Shown here: in pieces, positions 49,254-60,515 of the stretch | How the letters are laid out: each line of letters begins with the position of its first letter | How positions within the stretch are numbered: the stretch's first letter is position 1 | Origin: Ministeria vibrans ATCC 50519 | Taxonomy: Eukaryota; Protista; Filasterea | Direction of reading: 5' to 3' | NCBI GenBank assembly: GCA_943704425.1 | Contig: CALSCP010000313.1 | Location: 246,410 to 310,409 of the forward strand | Length of the DNA stretch: 64,000 bases | The notes under the pieces: generated by a model | Databases searched by the model: none | Seen by the model: only the letters and a program-made list of their open reading frames with translations | What the model was told of the DNA's origin: nothing | Position numbers and translations under genes: made by a program

Positions 49254-50967
49254 ATGGAATGGGCAACGCAGCGCACCGTTGACGCCCTTGTCTTTGCTGG
49301 CTTTGCCATGCCCAACGATCCGGCATCGGTCGAAGGCGTCCTTCCCGCCGCCCCTCCCGCTGCCAGTGCCAGTGCCAGTGCCAGTGCCAGTAGTGCCAGT
49401 AGTGCCAGTGCCTCACAGCCACAGCCACAGCCTGGCCGGGGCGCCACGCCACCCTTGTCGGCGCAAGCGGAAGACCAACTCATTGATGAGTACTTGCGAC
49501 AGTTGGTGCCGGCCGGCAGCGAATCGGCGCGCCCACCGAGCGGCGAAGTGAGTGTGGACGACGACTCCTTCTCGGACCAACAGTCCGTCGACGCCCAAGT
49601 GCTGTTTGGGCCGCTCCTGTGCGACCCGGCCCAGGGCAGAGAAATGGCACACTTTGAAGCGCCAATGGATCAAACAGAAGACTCAAAGACCGTCATGTTC
49701 GCCGAAGGGACCAGCGACAGGTACACACAAGATAGACCGAGCCAAAAAAAAAAAAAAAAAAAAAAAAAAAATNNNNNNNNNNGTGCTCTATCACAGCCAA
49801 GGATGGCAATGGAGCGCCGGTGGATGTCAGTGTCAAGGTACAAAAAACATTCTGTCGCCATATCACGCCCATTCAACCGTCTCGCGTTGCGTACTTTCCA
49901 CTCCCATGTTGTGCGCTGAACTCGTCTGCGTTTGCGACGCGCTTGCATTTCTCGGCGCGATTCCCGTCACGAGTTCACTGACTGGGTTTCTCACGTGAAA
50001 CGCAGACGAGAAAAAAAAAGCATTAAGGGTGGTCGATGATTTATCTCTCTCTCTCTCTCTCTCTCTCGCCCTTTCATCCCTCTCCCTGCTGCGTGGTCTG
50101 CACCCTGTTGGCCTATGTGTTTGTAATTGACACTCGCATCGCGTGGCTTCCCGCTAGAAATCCCCACGAAGACCACAAGCGGTCGGTGCACATTGCGGCG
50201 GAGCAGAAGCGACGCAACAACATCAACACGGGCTTTGAAGAGCTCCAGCAGCTCATCCCGGCGTGCTCGTCGCCCGCGCGCACCACCCGCATCAGCAAGG
50301 CCAATGTGTTGCGCAAGGCAATCGACTACATTTGCTATCTGGTGCGCGAGAAGACAGGACTCGTCGAGGAACTGACAAGGATGCGTCGCGAGGTGGTTGC
50401 GCTGCGCATGCTCGTGTCGCAGTACCGCTCCACCGGATCCATCAACGAAGACCACATGGAGGCTGTCATGCGCATGAGTGACGCCGATGGTCAGGCTGCG
50501 CAGAGCGCTGACCCAGGGAAACCCGTTGAGAATCCCGAAACGGCAAAGTTTTTCATAGTACGTCTACTCAATGCCTGCGTCTTTTTTGTTTGTCTCATTT
50601 TCCTGTTGCCCTGTAGTTTTGTAGCTTTGTCTTGGACGGCCTGTACGAGAGCTTTTCGGAAAAGGTGTCTGTGGAGAGCCCCGAGGCGTTCCAGAGCACC
50701 GTACTGGTGTGGTTTGACGAGTGCTGCCGTCCACAGGCGCTGAGGGACGCCGTGCGCCGCAGTGCAGTTCACGTGAGTCGTCGTCTGTTTAGCGACGATG
50801 CACAGTCCCGTCTGTCATTCTGGGCACAGACTGCATTTGAGAAGACTGAGCTTGCGCTGCAGAGCGATCTTGCAACACGCATTCCCGGCGCCCGTCTGCT
50901 CGGCGACACCTTCCTCGAGGCCGTGACGTATTTTGCTCCGTCTCAAAGACGGTCCCGTCGCCGCTAA
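49254..50967 (+). CDS. MLX: MLX/Mondo-family bHLH-ZIP transcription factor with DCD-like C-terminus
   Basis: HIAAEQKRRNNINTGFEEL...ISKANVLRKAIDYI, zipper, then KFFIFCSFVLDGLYESF...WFDECC. A small gap lies at 49773-49782. Confidence 0.8.
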
Positions 50968-51087
50968 ACATACTATGCCTATCTTGGTGTTTTATTCATT
51001 TTCCTTCTCCTCCTCCTCCTTCTCCACCCTCCCCTTTGTCGTCTTCTTCTTTCGTGATATGTAATACAGGAACAGGTTTCGAGTGTT

Positions 51088-52107
51088 TCAATTCGTCTTC
51101 CAGTTAGCATTGTGGAACACGCGCACCACATCGGGATTCTCTCCAACCTGCTGCACAAAGTCCTCGACCTCGGCACGCACCTGCTCGCTCGCACACTCCA
51201 CTCGCTCGCGCGGCACCCATGCCATGTACATGTCCGTCACAGGCAGTCCCAGTGTGTCTGCGACCGTTGCACGCACTTGCGCTGCCTCGTCGGGTGCACA
51301 CACCAACTCCACGTCCCCTGTCTCACTGTTTACCCGCACATCCTGTGCTCCCGCGTCCATGGCCACTGTCAGCAGTGCCTCGCCAACTTCGTCGCTTTCC
51401 GTCGCTTCCCTCGCCTCCATCTGTAGCTCCTCGCTCAGTCGCTTCTGCTCGAGAGCCACAATCGTCTTCTCTTCAAACATCCACTTGCAAGCACCCACCA
51501 CGCCAAAGGGAATGCCCGTGTTCTGAGCCGAGACATAGTTAGGTGTGCAAACACGCGTGTAGGCAACTACCTTGGTTTCAATGCGAACCTCCTGCAGTGT
51601 GCGCTTGAGGTTGCTTGTGATGATCTCCGTCATGATGCCAATGCCGTGCGCAAGTGTCTCCATCACAGCGTGATCACCATCCTCAATGCGCCCTGTGATG
51701 CGTGCCAGCGCTGCTGTGATCCGTGCCTTGTTGACGTTCTCCCGTCGAGCCTGTTCAATGAGGCCTGCGCAAGACGTGAGTGTCACTTTTTTTTGCTGTG
51801 GCGAGAAGAAGAGGAAGAAAACGAAATGGGTACTTCTCAAGGTCGGATTTGTCGCGGGATCAGCGCCTTCTGCACGCGCACAGGAAGTGATCTTGTTCAT
51901 GTATGACGTGGTGATCTTGCCACGCTCTTGATCTCGAGCGCCCTTTTGCCGTTTAATGTTGTGCCTAAGTAGAAGAGGTAAAGTGAACGCGCGCGATCGC
52001 ACTGACTGCGTGTACCATTTGGAGTGTCCGGCCATTCCGCGCGTCAGTAACAACCCAGTGTTGCCTATTAACGGTGCCACTTTCCTTCGTACCAAGACAC
52101 TGATCAT
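51088..52107 (-). CDS. TACO1: YebC/PmpR family, mitochondrial TACO1-like
   Basis: Presequence then MAGHSKW/HNIKRQKG, DPATNPTL, TSNLKRT, C-terminal DVVRVFHN. Confidence 0.88.
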   Translation of the reverse strand: MISVLVRRKVAPLIGNTGLLLTRGMAGHSKWYTQSVRSRAFTLPLLLRHNIKRQKGARDQERGKITTSYMNKITSCARAEGADPATNPTLRSTHFVFFLFFSPQQKKVTLTSCAGLIEQARRENVNKARITAALARITGRIEDGDHAVMETLAHGIGIMTEIITSNLKRTLQEVRIETKVVAYTRVCTPNYVSAQNTGIPFGVVGACKWMFEEKTIVALEQKRLSEELQMEAREATESDEVGEALLTVAMDAGAQDVRVNSETGDVELVCAPDEAAQVRATVADTLGLPVTDMYMAWVPRERVECASEQVRAEVEDFVQQVGENPDVVRVFHNANWKTN

Positions 52108-52241
52108 GATTGCAGCAATGTAAAAAATCTGAGTTTCAGAGTTTGTGTTAGATTTTACAATACATGATTACAATTAAATTTATTTTACTATTTAGAGTTA
52201 CACTTTTTTGAAACGTAGATCAAGAAGTAGTTTCAAGAGAG

Positions 52242-53160
52242 ATGGCTGACGCAGAGAAGAAAGAGACGCCCACGGAGGCCAAGGAGACGACAGAAGCCAA
52301 GATTGCCATTCCATCGGTGGCGGCTCCATCAGCGGCAGCAGCTGCTGACGAGGTACGCGCCCGCTCGCACCCTCTCCCCTCCTCCACCGACCCCTTTGCT
52401 CTTCTTTGGCCGTCGTGCCACAGACAATACCGATTTTCTCTTCTCTTTTATCTCTCTCTCGTTTTTTTTTTCTTTTTTTTTTTGAAACATGTCCAACGCA
52501 AAGCGTCCTCTGCAACGGCATGCCGCATTCAGTGCTGATTGTATGCTTGCTTTGTAGGAGGTTGCGCCCAGTCCGGACATTCACTACGAGCCGATTGTCC
52601 AGTAAGAGGCGTTCAGTTGTGTTTCAATGTTCGTTCCTTTCCTCGTTCCGCTTCTCTCTCGCCCTGCCACCCATGCTCTGCCCTGCGACTGACACACACG
52701 TGCTGTCTTTCCCTTCTCTGATGCTTTCAGGCTGGCACAGATCGAAGTGAAGACGCTTGAGGAGGAGGAGGACATCATGTTTGAGATGCGGGCCAAACTG
52801 TACCGCTTTGACAAGGAGATGAATGAGTGGAAGGAGCGAGGCACCGGCACGCTCAAGCTGCTGCAGCATCGCGATTCTCAGTTTGTGCGTCTGCTCATGC
52901 GACGCGATCAGACCCTCAAAATTTGCGCAAACCATCGCAGTAAGTCAAATTAAGAGTTCTGCATCACTGGGGACATCATCTCTTCTTTTTTGTTGCAGTC
53001 AGTGACGAGATGCAGTTGCAGGCGATGAATGGTAGCGACAAGGCGTTTGTCTACACGTGTGCAGCGGACTTTGCAGACGGAACAGCGCAGACGGAGTTGC
53101 TGGCAGTGCGCTTTGCCAATGCTGACAGTAGGGTGTTTTTTCTCTCGCTGTGCCTATGTG

Positions 53161-53198
<38 letters not shown>

Positions 53199-53428
53199 GA
53201 CGGTGTGTGTTGCTTTTAGATGCACAGCAGTTTAAGGGCAAGTTTGAGGAGGCGAGGACGACCAATGCGTCTCTGAGAACGCAACCCAACACGCCGCTCA
53301 AGGAGGGCAAGGCAGAGAAGAAGGAGCAAGCGGAGAAGGAAAAGGAGGTAGAGGCGGTTGCGGAGGAGCTTGCCAAGGTTGATGTGAACAAAGACAAGAA
53401 GGAGGAGGAGGAGACCAAGGCGGAATAA
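52242..53428 (+). CDS. RANBP1: Ran-binding protein 1
   Basis: [25 protein letters not shown]...[29 protein letters not shown]. Confidence 0.95.
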
Positions 53429-53926
53429 ACAAACGATGATCGATTATCTTCATAATAATAACTTTTTATTTTATTTTATTTACATCTTCTTTTCCATCTG
53501 CCATTTCTGAGAAAAACTTCACACAACGAACAATGGCTTCCATTGGTAAGTAAATAATAAACTGTTGGCGATTGCCCACAAAGATAGAGGGAATTGAGAG
53601 TCCATTGAGAGTGGGAAAAATTGCCTCAGTCAAATGCGCTCCGATCAGCACCGTGCCACCTATGTCCCTTTACTCACTTATGGTCTATGGACCGTATGTC
53701 GTATGACTGAATGTGCCATACTTGCGATGGTGGAAAGAGAGGGCATTTTGAGGGGGTCATTCATTCTGCTCGATAACGACCACGCTGTTCCTGCCTCCGC
53801 TCCACGTTCCCTCCCAACGGAACCCATTGATACAATCAACCATTGCAATTCCCTCGTATCTTGTTGGGTCGCATTCTGACGCCTCGTTTGGTTTTTTTAT
53901 GGGGGTGTTTTTTTTTTCTCTTTGAA

Positions 53927-54714
53927 GCGCCTCTGTCTCGGCTAAACTCGCTCCCGAACGAGATCAAAGACCTCATTCTCTGCCTGTGCGACCCGCCTGC
54001 GGCCCGCCAGCTATCTCTGGTGAACAAAAGCTTCCGCCAGGCGGTTAAGGATCGCGGGTTTGAGACGGCCGCCAACGCAGAGTGCAACCGCGACTCGCTG
54101 GTCGCGCTTGAGGTGATCCTGCGGCTGAGCAGCCCGCCGCGTGCATGGACACTCGCCTGGACGATCCACCCTGCGAGACTGAAGTGTCTCCTGTCGACGC
54201 TATTTTCTTCCAACCTGTTTTTCGATCGGGACACTTTTTTCCCGTACTCTCCTCCTGTCTTAAGGCGGCCGCCAGAGCTCTTCCGCGCGGGTGCCTTGCT
54301 ACTCCATTGCCAGGGAGGGCGTGTTTCGCACCGTATGAATTATTTTGCGGCAGAAGCAGCGAAGGCAGGAGACCTCAAATGTCTTGAGGTCTACCTGGCA
54401 TCAACCACGGCCATTAGCGCAGTTGCGTACGCTGCTGGTGAGGCCGCAGTCGAAAGCGTCCCTCCCCAGCGCCACGTCATTGACTGGTTGTGCACATCTA
54501 CTTTGAGAACGGCCCAGATCCAGGACGCGATCAACTCCCTACTAGTACACCTCTGCGGCAAGAACGACGCTCAGCTTGCCAAACAATTCATTGACGAATT
54601 TCAGGCAGATCCATCGGCCGATCGCAACCAAGCCGTATTCTTAGCGAGTCACTTTGGACATGTCTCTGTTGTGAAGCTGCTGCTCGCTGACAGTCGCGTT
54701 GATCCCACAGCGCG
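53927..54714 (+). CDS. F-box-like plus ankyrin-repeat protein (start uncertain, 3' end cut by gap)
   Basis: LNSLPNEIKDLIL...LSLVNKSF (F-box-like); ADPSADRNQAVFLASHFGHVSVVKLLLADSRVDP (ankyrin). Confidence 0.7.
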
Positions 54715-54786
54715 NNNNNNNNNTTTTTTTTTTTTTTTTTTTTTTTTTTTTTGAAATGACCTTCCCCTTCCTTCGTTTGGGATTAG

Positions 54787-57700
54787 GTGCCGATCCAGTG
54801 CGCCCTACTGTCACATTTGGGTGTACTATTGTGCCGCGAGGATCCGCCTACGAGACAGCAGAGCGAGCAATGGGGGAATTCCTGTCGCCAGCGACACGCA
54901 ACAGTGTCGCGAAGGCGTCGTCAAATGTTGTGGCGTCTCAGAAGACGCCTTCGACCGCTCCAACAGGTTTGACGCCGACCCACGTCGTTGGTCGGTCTTC
55001 TGATGTGTTTCGTACGCGCGCCAATGAGGCACCCGCAGCAAGCGAGATGGCCGAAAAGACAAAGGCAACAACGACATCAACAAGCACTACGTCAACGTCA
55101 AAGGCACCGTCAAGTCTTCGGCCTGCCTCGTCGACGACGGTCACGTCGCCACTCCTTCTATCACTGGGCACTTCAACTGCTTCTCCACAGAAAACTCCCG
55201 AGAAGAGAGCACGCAAGCCGCGTGTGGAGCAACCCGAGGGAACCGTACCCTACGTGGTAGTCGATGGCGACACCATTGTCGGGTTGTGTGTACGTTTCGC
55301 AATGGCAGAGCAAGATTTGCTCATGATGAACCGCCTTGTGGGAAGGACTCTTTTTTCAGGACAGGTATTACATGGAGAGACAGAGAGAGCGCGCGAGTGA
55401 GAGGAGGGAGAAAGAAACAAAGTGATAGAGAGTGAGAGGAGGAGAGAAAGAAACAAAGTGATAGAGAGAGAGAGAGAAACAAAGTGATTGACAGGATAAA
55501 GAAACAATAGGATGGAGAGAGAGAAAAAGTGATAAAGAGAAACAAAATGAGAGAGAATATAAAAAAGGAAAACAGCAAATGTATACATCAGCGGGTTTTT
55601 GGCCCGTGCTCTTTTTGTTGTTTCCAAGCTGGTATTGTTTTTTTTTAAAAAAAAAATAAATTCATCTTTTATTTAGACATTGTATGTGCGCGATCCTTCG
55701 AGATCACCCTCCAAGGACGTGTCTCTGATTGCACCGGCCAAGACACGTCCACTGTCCGCTCGTGAATACCTCAAGCGACACTCGTCTTTGAAGCTGCCCG
55801 GCACTAGCCACAATGTCAGCACACCGACTGCAACAAGCAAGGGATCCTCTGCCAATTCGTCACGCTCCGCCTCATCCAGCATGGACATGTTTGCATCGTT
55901 GGACACACGTGGATCTTCCGGCCATGCGCCGTTGTCGCATGACACGGATGGGGCGCCAGACGACTTGATACCGCGGACGCTCTCGTGTGAGAACTCAATG
56001 GGCCTCGCATCAACCACACGGTTGCAGAGTCGCCAAGACAGCAGCGTCGAATCGTCGTCGGGAGCATCGACCCCTTCGACGGGGGCGCCGTCGAAGCGAC
56101 AGCATCGCGCGCGACGAGCCTTTGATCGGATCAAGCGTCTTTCGACGAACTCACAGAACGCGCCTCTTGCCGAAGCGACTCTTGCTTTTGGAGAGACGAG
56201 CTACTGTCGCGATGGGCGCTTCCGATTTGGCATCAAATGGATCACGCGCGACCTCGGCGTAGTACCAGGCGTGCTTGACATTGGTGACAAGAGTTTCAAT
56301 TTTACACCAGATTCCCAAGCGCCAATTGTATGCGAGTTGGGCGCCGCCGCGTTCACTTTGAGTTTCTCGATTCTAAGTCTGACTCGTTGTTCTCTCTCGG
56401 ACGACCTTCTCTACTGCGACAGCATCAATCGCTCGCGAGAGAGCTCGGCCACAACGACGAGCACGCCACCGCGACGACCTCAACGACCCTCGTCGCTAGT
56501 GCCAGCGACTGTGCCCAACTCGGCGGCGTTTGTAGTGGACCCGTTGATTAGCGAGCGAGATACGGAAGAGGGATTTGCCTTGCTCACGTCGGGCATTTCT
56601 ACGCTCATCAGTAGTGACGAGGAGGATACGCCGGAGGGCCAAGGCATGGCGAGCGATGATGACGACGATGACGTTGTAGACCGTCGCTCAGAGACGTTTG
56701 CCGAGCGGTACATGCGTGACGGCGACGGTGACGGCGAAGAAGTCGCCGTGCGCAAGTTGCACCAGCAGCAGGCGACTCGCGAACGCAAGGCGCGTCAGCG
56801 GGCCGAACGTCATCGACGTGAAATTGCTCTGTTGGCTGTGTGCCCTCGGTACATGCGTGTGGGCGTGCAACGCTCCGGCTCCATGATTGACCCCTACGTT
56901 TTTGCTGTGCCTCGCGAAGTGTCTGACACTATCTATTCGTGCATTGTCATGTGGGCCCGTAACCTTACGGATGTGCTTGGGGACGACACGCCCTGGGAGG
57001 ACATTGCAGACGACGATCGTCGTTCGCTGGCCTCTCTGCAACTTGACGACATTATTGACACGCCGCCGAGCACGACGACGGTCAAGGCGGGAGCAAGTGC
57101 GACACCGAAGAATGCAGCACCCATCACAGCATCGGACGACGTTGACGAACAGCGGTCAAGAGCAGCACTACTCGAATCGCTGGCCAAGGCCGACGGGGCC
57201 ACGCTCGAGGCGGTCACGGCCGAATTTGCTGACATGAGTTCGCAAGCACTCAAGAACAAAATGACGTCGGCACAGATCTATCCGGGAGGAGCCTTTGTGA
57301 TGGCGGCCCACGCACTACAATTTCAAGACGAGGCAATCACGTCCGAAGTGCTCTTCAACTCGGACATGCCCTTCCTGGGCAGTGCACTGCCGCGTCGTTT
57401 GCGTCGTGGCGTTCTGCGGCTTGTTTACTCCACCTTTCGGCATGGGCGCTCCATCAACACACTGTATCGCAATTGTCGCTCCATGGTGGGGCACGAGCAG
57501 GAGATTCTGACTGTCATTCGCGATCAAAACGACCACACTTTTGGCGCATTTTGCACGGCTCCTTGGCAGGTCGTTGACAACAAGTACTACGGCTCAGGTG
57601 AGTAACCCTTTTTATTATTATTATTCTTATTATTCTTCTTATTCGTATTAATTTCCTTTTTTTTTTTAACGTAGGCGAGTCGTTTCTGTTCACACTCTCT

Positions 57701-58009
57701 CCCGAGCGATGTTCGTTTCCATGGGCCGGCCACAATGATTACTTCATGATGTCTGATCTCAACGGGCTTTGTATGGGAGGAGGAGAGTAAGGAACAATGC
57801 GCTTTGCGTGTATTGATTGCTTTTCTGATGATTTAACGTTTTCTACATTTTCTCGTATGTGCAGTGGTGTGTTTGGACTGTACGTATCAAATGATCTCCG
57901 ACACGGAAGTAGCGGGCAGAGTCTCACTTTTGGGAATCCTCCATTGAGCAGTGGTGTTGATTTCTCTGTTCGCGTGCTCGAAGTGTGGGAAGTGCTCGAG
58001 AGCATGTAG
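54787..58009 (+). CDS. OXR1: OXR1/NCOA7-like LysM + GRAM-like + TLDc protein (5' end probably in gap 54715-54723)
   Basis: LysM YVVVDGDTIVGLCVRF...MNRL; GVVPGVLDI...FTPD; TLDc LVYSTFRHGRSINTLY, FGAF, YYGSGESFLF, MGGG, TFGNPPL. Confidence 0.88.
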
Positions 58010-58384
58010 TGGACATGTAGTTTAGTAAAAATAATAATTATTATAACAATAAGACTTATTATTATTTTGGTCGTTGCGGGCTTGCAGTTATTTTTATTAT
58101 TATCAACAATCACTATGCTATATTTTCCAATATTTCACACACACACACACAATTTTTCTCAAGGTTAGCAAGCGCACACACAGAGCAACCCAACACGCAG
58201 ATTGCTGGTTGATGCTTTTCGCCGTGAGGTGCGCCAAGTAATTGTGTTTCGACTCTCGGGAGGGTCTCTGTCTTTCAATTATTGTTATATTAAATTTTAT
58301 TCTGATTCAAGGAGAAAGAGTGTTTTTCATGATTTGTCAGCGTCGGCTCACTTGATCAGTGATTTTTTTTTACCCTCTGAGTCA

Positions 58385-60438
58385 ATGCGAGTTGCCACAC
58401 TGCAGCTGGTGGTAGTGGCCATTGCTTTCACGGCTCTTCTGCTCGCGGCTGGCGGCAATGCGGCCACACAAGTCACTCAAAAGGTAAACGAGGTTCAAAC
58501 GAGGACCTTCTTTCAAACACTTCCGCCGCACGCTACAACGCAATTCGATTCTGCTCGCAGTAGCGATTAGAAAACCACGACCAAAATCCAGAGAGTGCGC
58601 AGAGACCTTGATTGAGGCGGGGTTTTGTCTAACGGGGAGTCTCACATGAATCTCACGTCAACTCACGCCAAAGGAGAAAAAAAAAAAAAAAAAAAAAAAA
58701 ACTCCGGAGTTGGGCGATAGGTCGAAATATGCATAGAATATACGCCACAGATATGGGCGAGATCTAAATTGACTTGTATTTGGCAGCTATAAGCACCATC
58801 TCTATTTTTTTCTGGCAGTTTCGTTTCGTTTCGCTTTTTTTTTTTTTTTTTTTTTTTTTTTTGTTCCTTCTCACCGCGTCCCGTCTTCTAATTGCGATTG
58901 GCAAGATTATCATGTGTGCCGTGCGGTGAAAAACAACGCAGAAAAACAGCGCGCGCGTTATATCTTCTTCTGGAATGAAATCCAAGGGTGGTTCTCCCCA
59001 TTTCATATCGCAGGGAAATCGCAGGGTGTGACGGGGGCTTTGTGGGTTTGAATCAGTGCAACCGCAAATATTAAACGACGCCGCCGCCTCCTCAAAAAGG
59101 ACTTCGTCCCCCGTTTTCTCGCGAACGTCGTGACGCACTAGTGCAAAGCTGGTGAACCATCAACCAACTGAGACAAGGCCAAAATAGATATCTGCCGCTC
59201 AGTGTCAGAAAGCGAAGCGAAGCCCACAAGCTGAACACAAGCTTTTGTGGTTTTGTCCAACTCATGCCATTAATATGTATTCCTGCAACTCTCGTTACAA
59301 TTCGATAGGATAGCTTGGATGTCGTTGACCTGACGACTGGTGCTAAGCTGGAGGAGGTCAATGCCAATGCTGGTATAGAATTTTTTTTTTCATAAATGTT
59401 TCTCTGACAACGTCTTTTGTTCCTTGTGGCTTGAACAATAACATTATTATTTTTAAAAAACAACAATACATAGAGGTTAAGGCGGATTCAAGCGACAAGC
59501 TCGCTCGTGCCACTTCTTCGCAACGTGATACCACTTTTAATTCTGGGGTCAAGGCGGATTCAAGCGACAGGCTCGCTCGTGCCACTTCTCCGGAGCGTCA
59601 AGGTACGAGGAGAATTTAGACCACCAGCCGGAGCCAAGCAAAGAAGCTGAAACACAGCAGAAACACAGAATCACCCCCTAAATATATATTATATATATAA
59701 TAATCACCTCCTCTCCCTGCACGCCTGGCTCTCTCTTTTTTCACAGCGGGTTCTTCACAGGACGAGGTCAAGGCGGTTACGAGCGACTCGCTTGTGATCA
59801 CTTCTTCGCGACGTGAAGGTACGACACAATAACAAACAAAGCTCAAGAAAAAAGAAACGAGTAATTCAACCCCTCTGTTTGGCTCTCTCTTTTTTCACAG
59901 CGGGTTCTTCACAGGACGAGGTCAAGGCGGTTACGAGCGACTCGCTTGTGATCACTTCTTCGCGACGTGAAGGTACGACATAATAACAAACAAAGCTCAA
60001 GAAAAAAGAAACGAGTAATTCAACCCCTCTGTTTGGCTCTCTCTTCTTCCACAGCGGGTTCTTCACAGGACGAGGTCAAGGCGGTTACGAGCGACTCGCT
60101 TGTGATCACTTCTTCGCGACGTGAAGGTACGACATAATAACAAACAAAGCTCAAGAAAAAAGAAACGAGTAATTCAACCCCTCTGTTTGGCTCTCTCTTC
60201 TTCCACAGCGGGTTCTTCACAGGACGAGGTCAAGGCGGTTACGAGCGACTCGCTTGTGATCACTTCTTCGCGACGTGAAGGTACGACATAATAACAAACA
60301 AAGCTCAAGAAAGAAACGAGTAATTCAACCCCTCCGTTGCTCTCTCTTTTTTCACAGCGGGTTCTTCACAGGACGAGGTCAAGGCGGTTACGAGCGACTC
60401 GCTTGTAATCACTTCTTTGCAACGTGAAGGTACGGCAT

Positions 60439-60515
<77 letters not shown>

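Noticed and set aside
53843-55400. Apparent ankyrin-OXR1 fusion across the 9-N gap
   Set aside because: The gap is a contig join of unknown true size, so continuity cannot be supported.
58595-59142. Possible transposon insertion in the 5' part of the Cys-rich gene
   Set aside because: Only weak partial inverted matches and no clear TSD or coding remnant; the exon path here is simply unresolved.
59747-60429. Regular 154-bp repeats resembling a CRISPR array or satellite
   Set aside because: The 'spacers' are near-identical and bounded by GT/AG; these are duplicated exon-intron units, and no cas genes are present.
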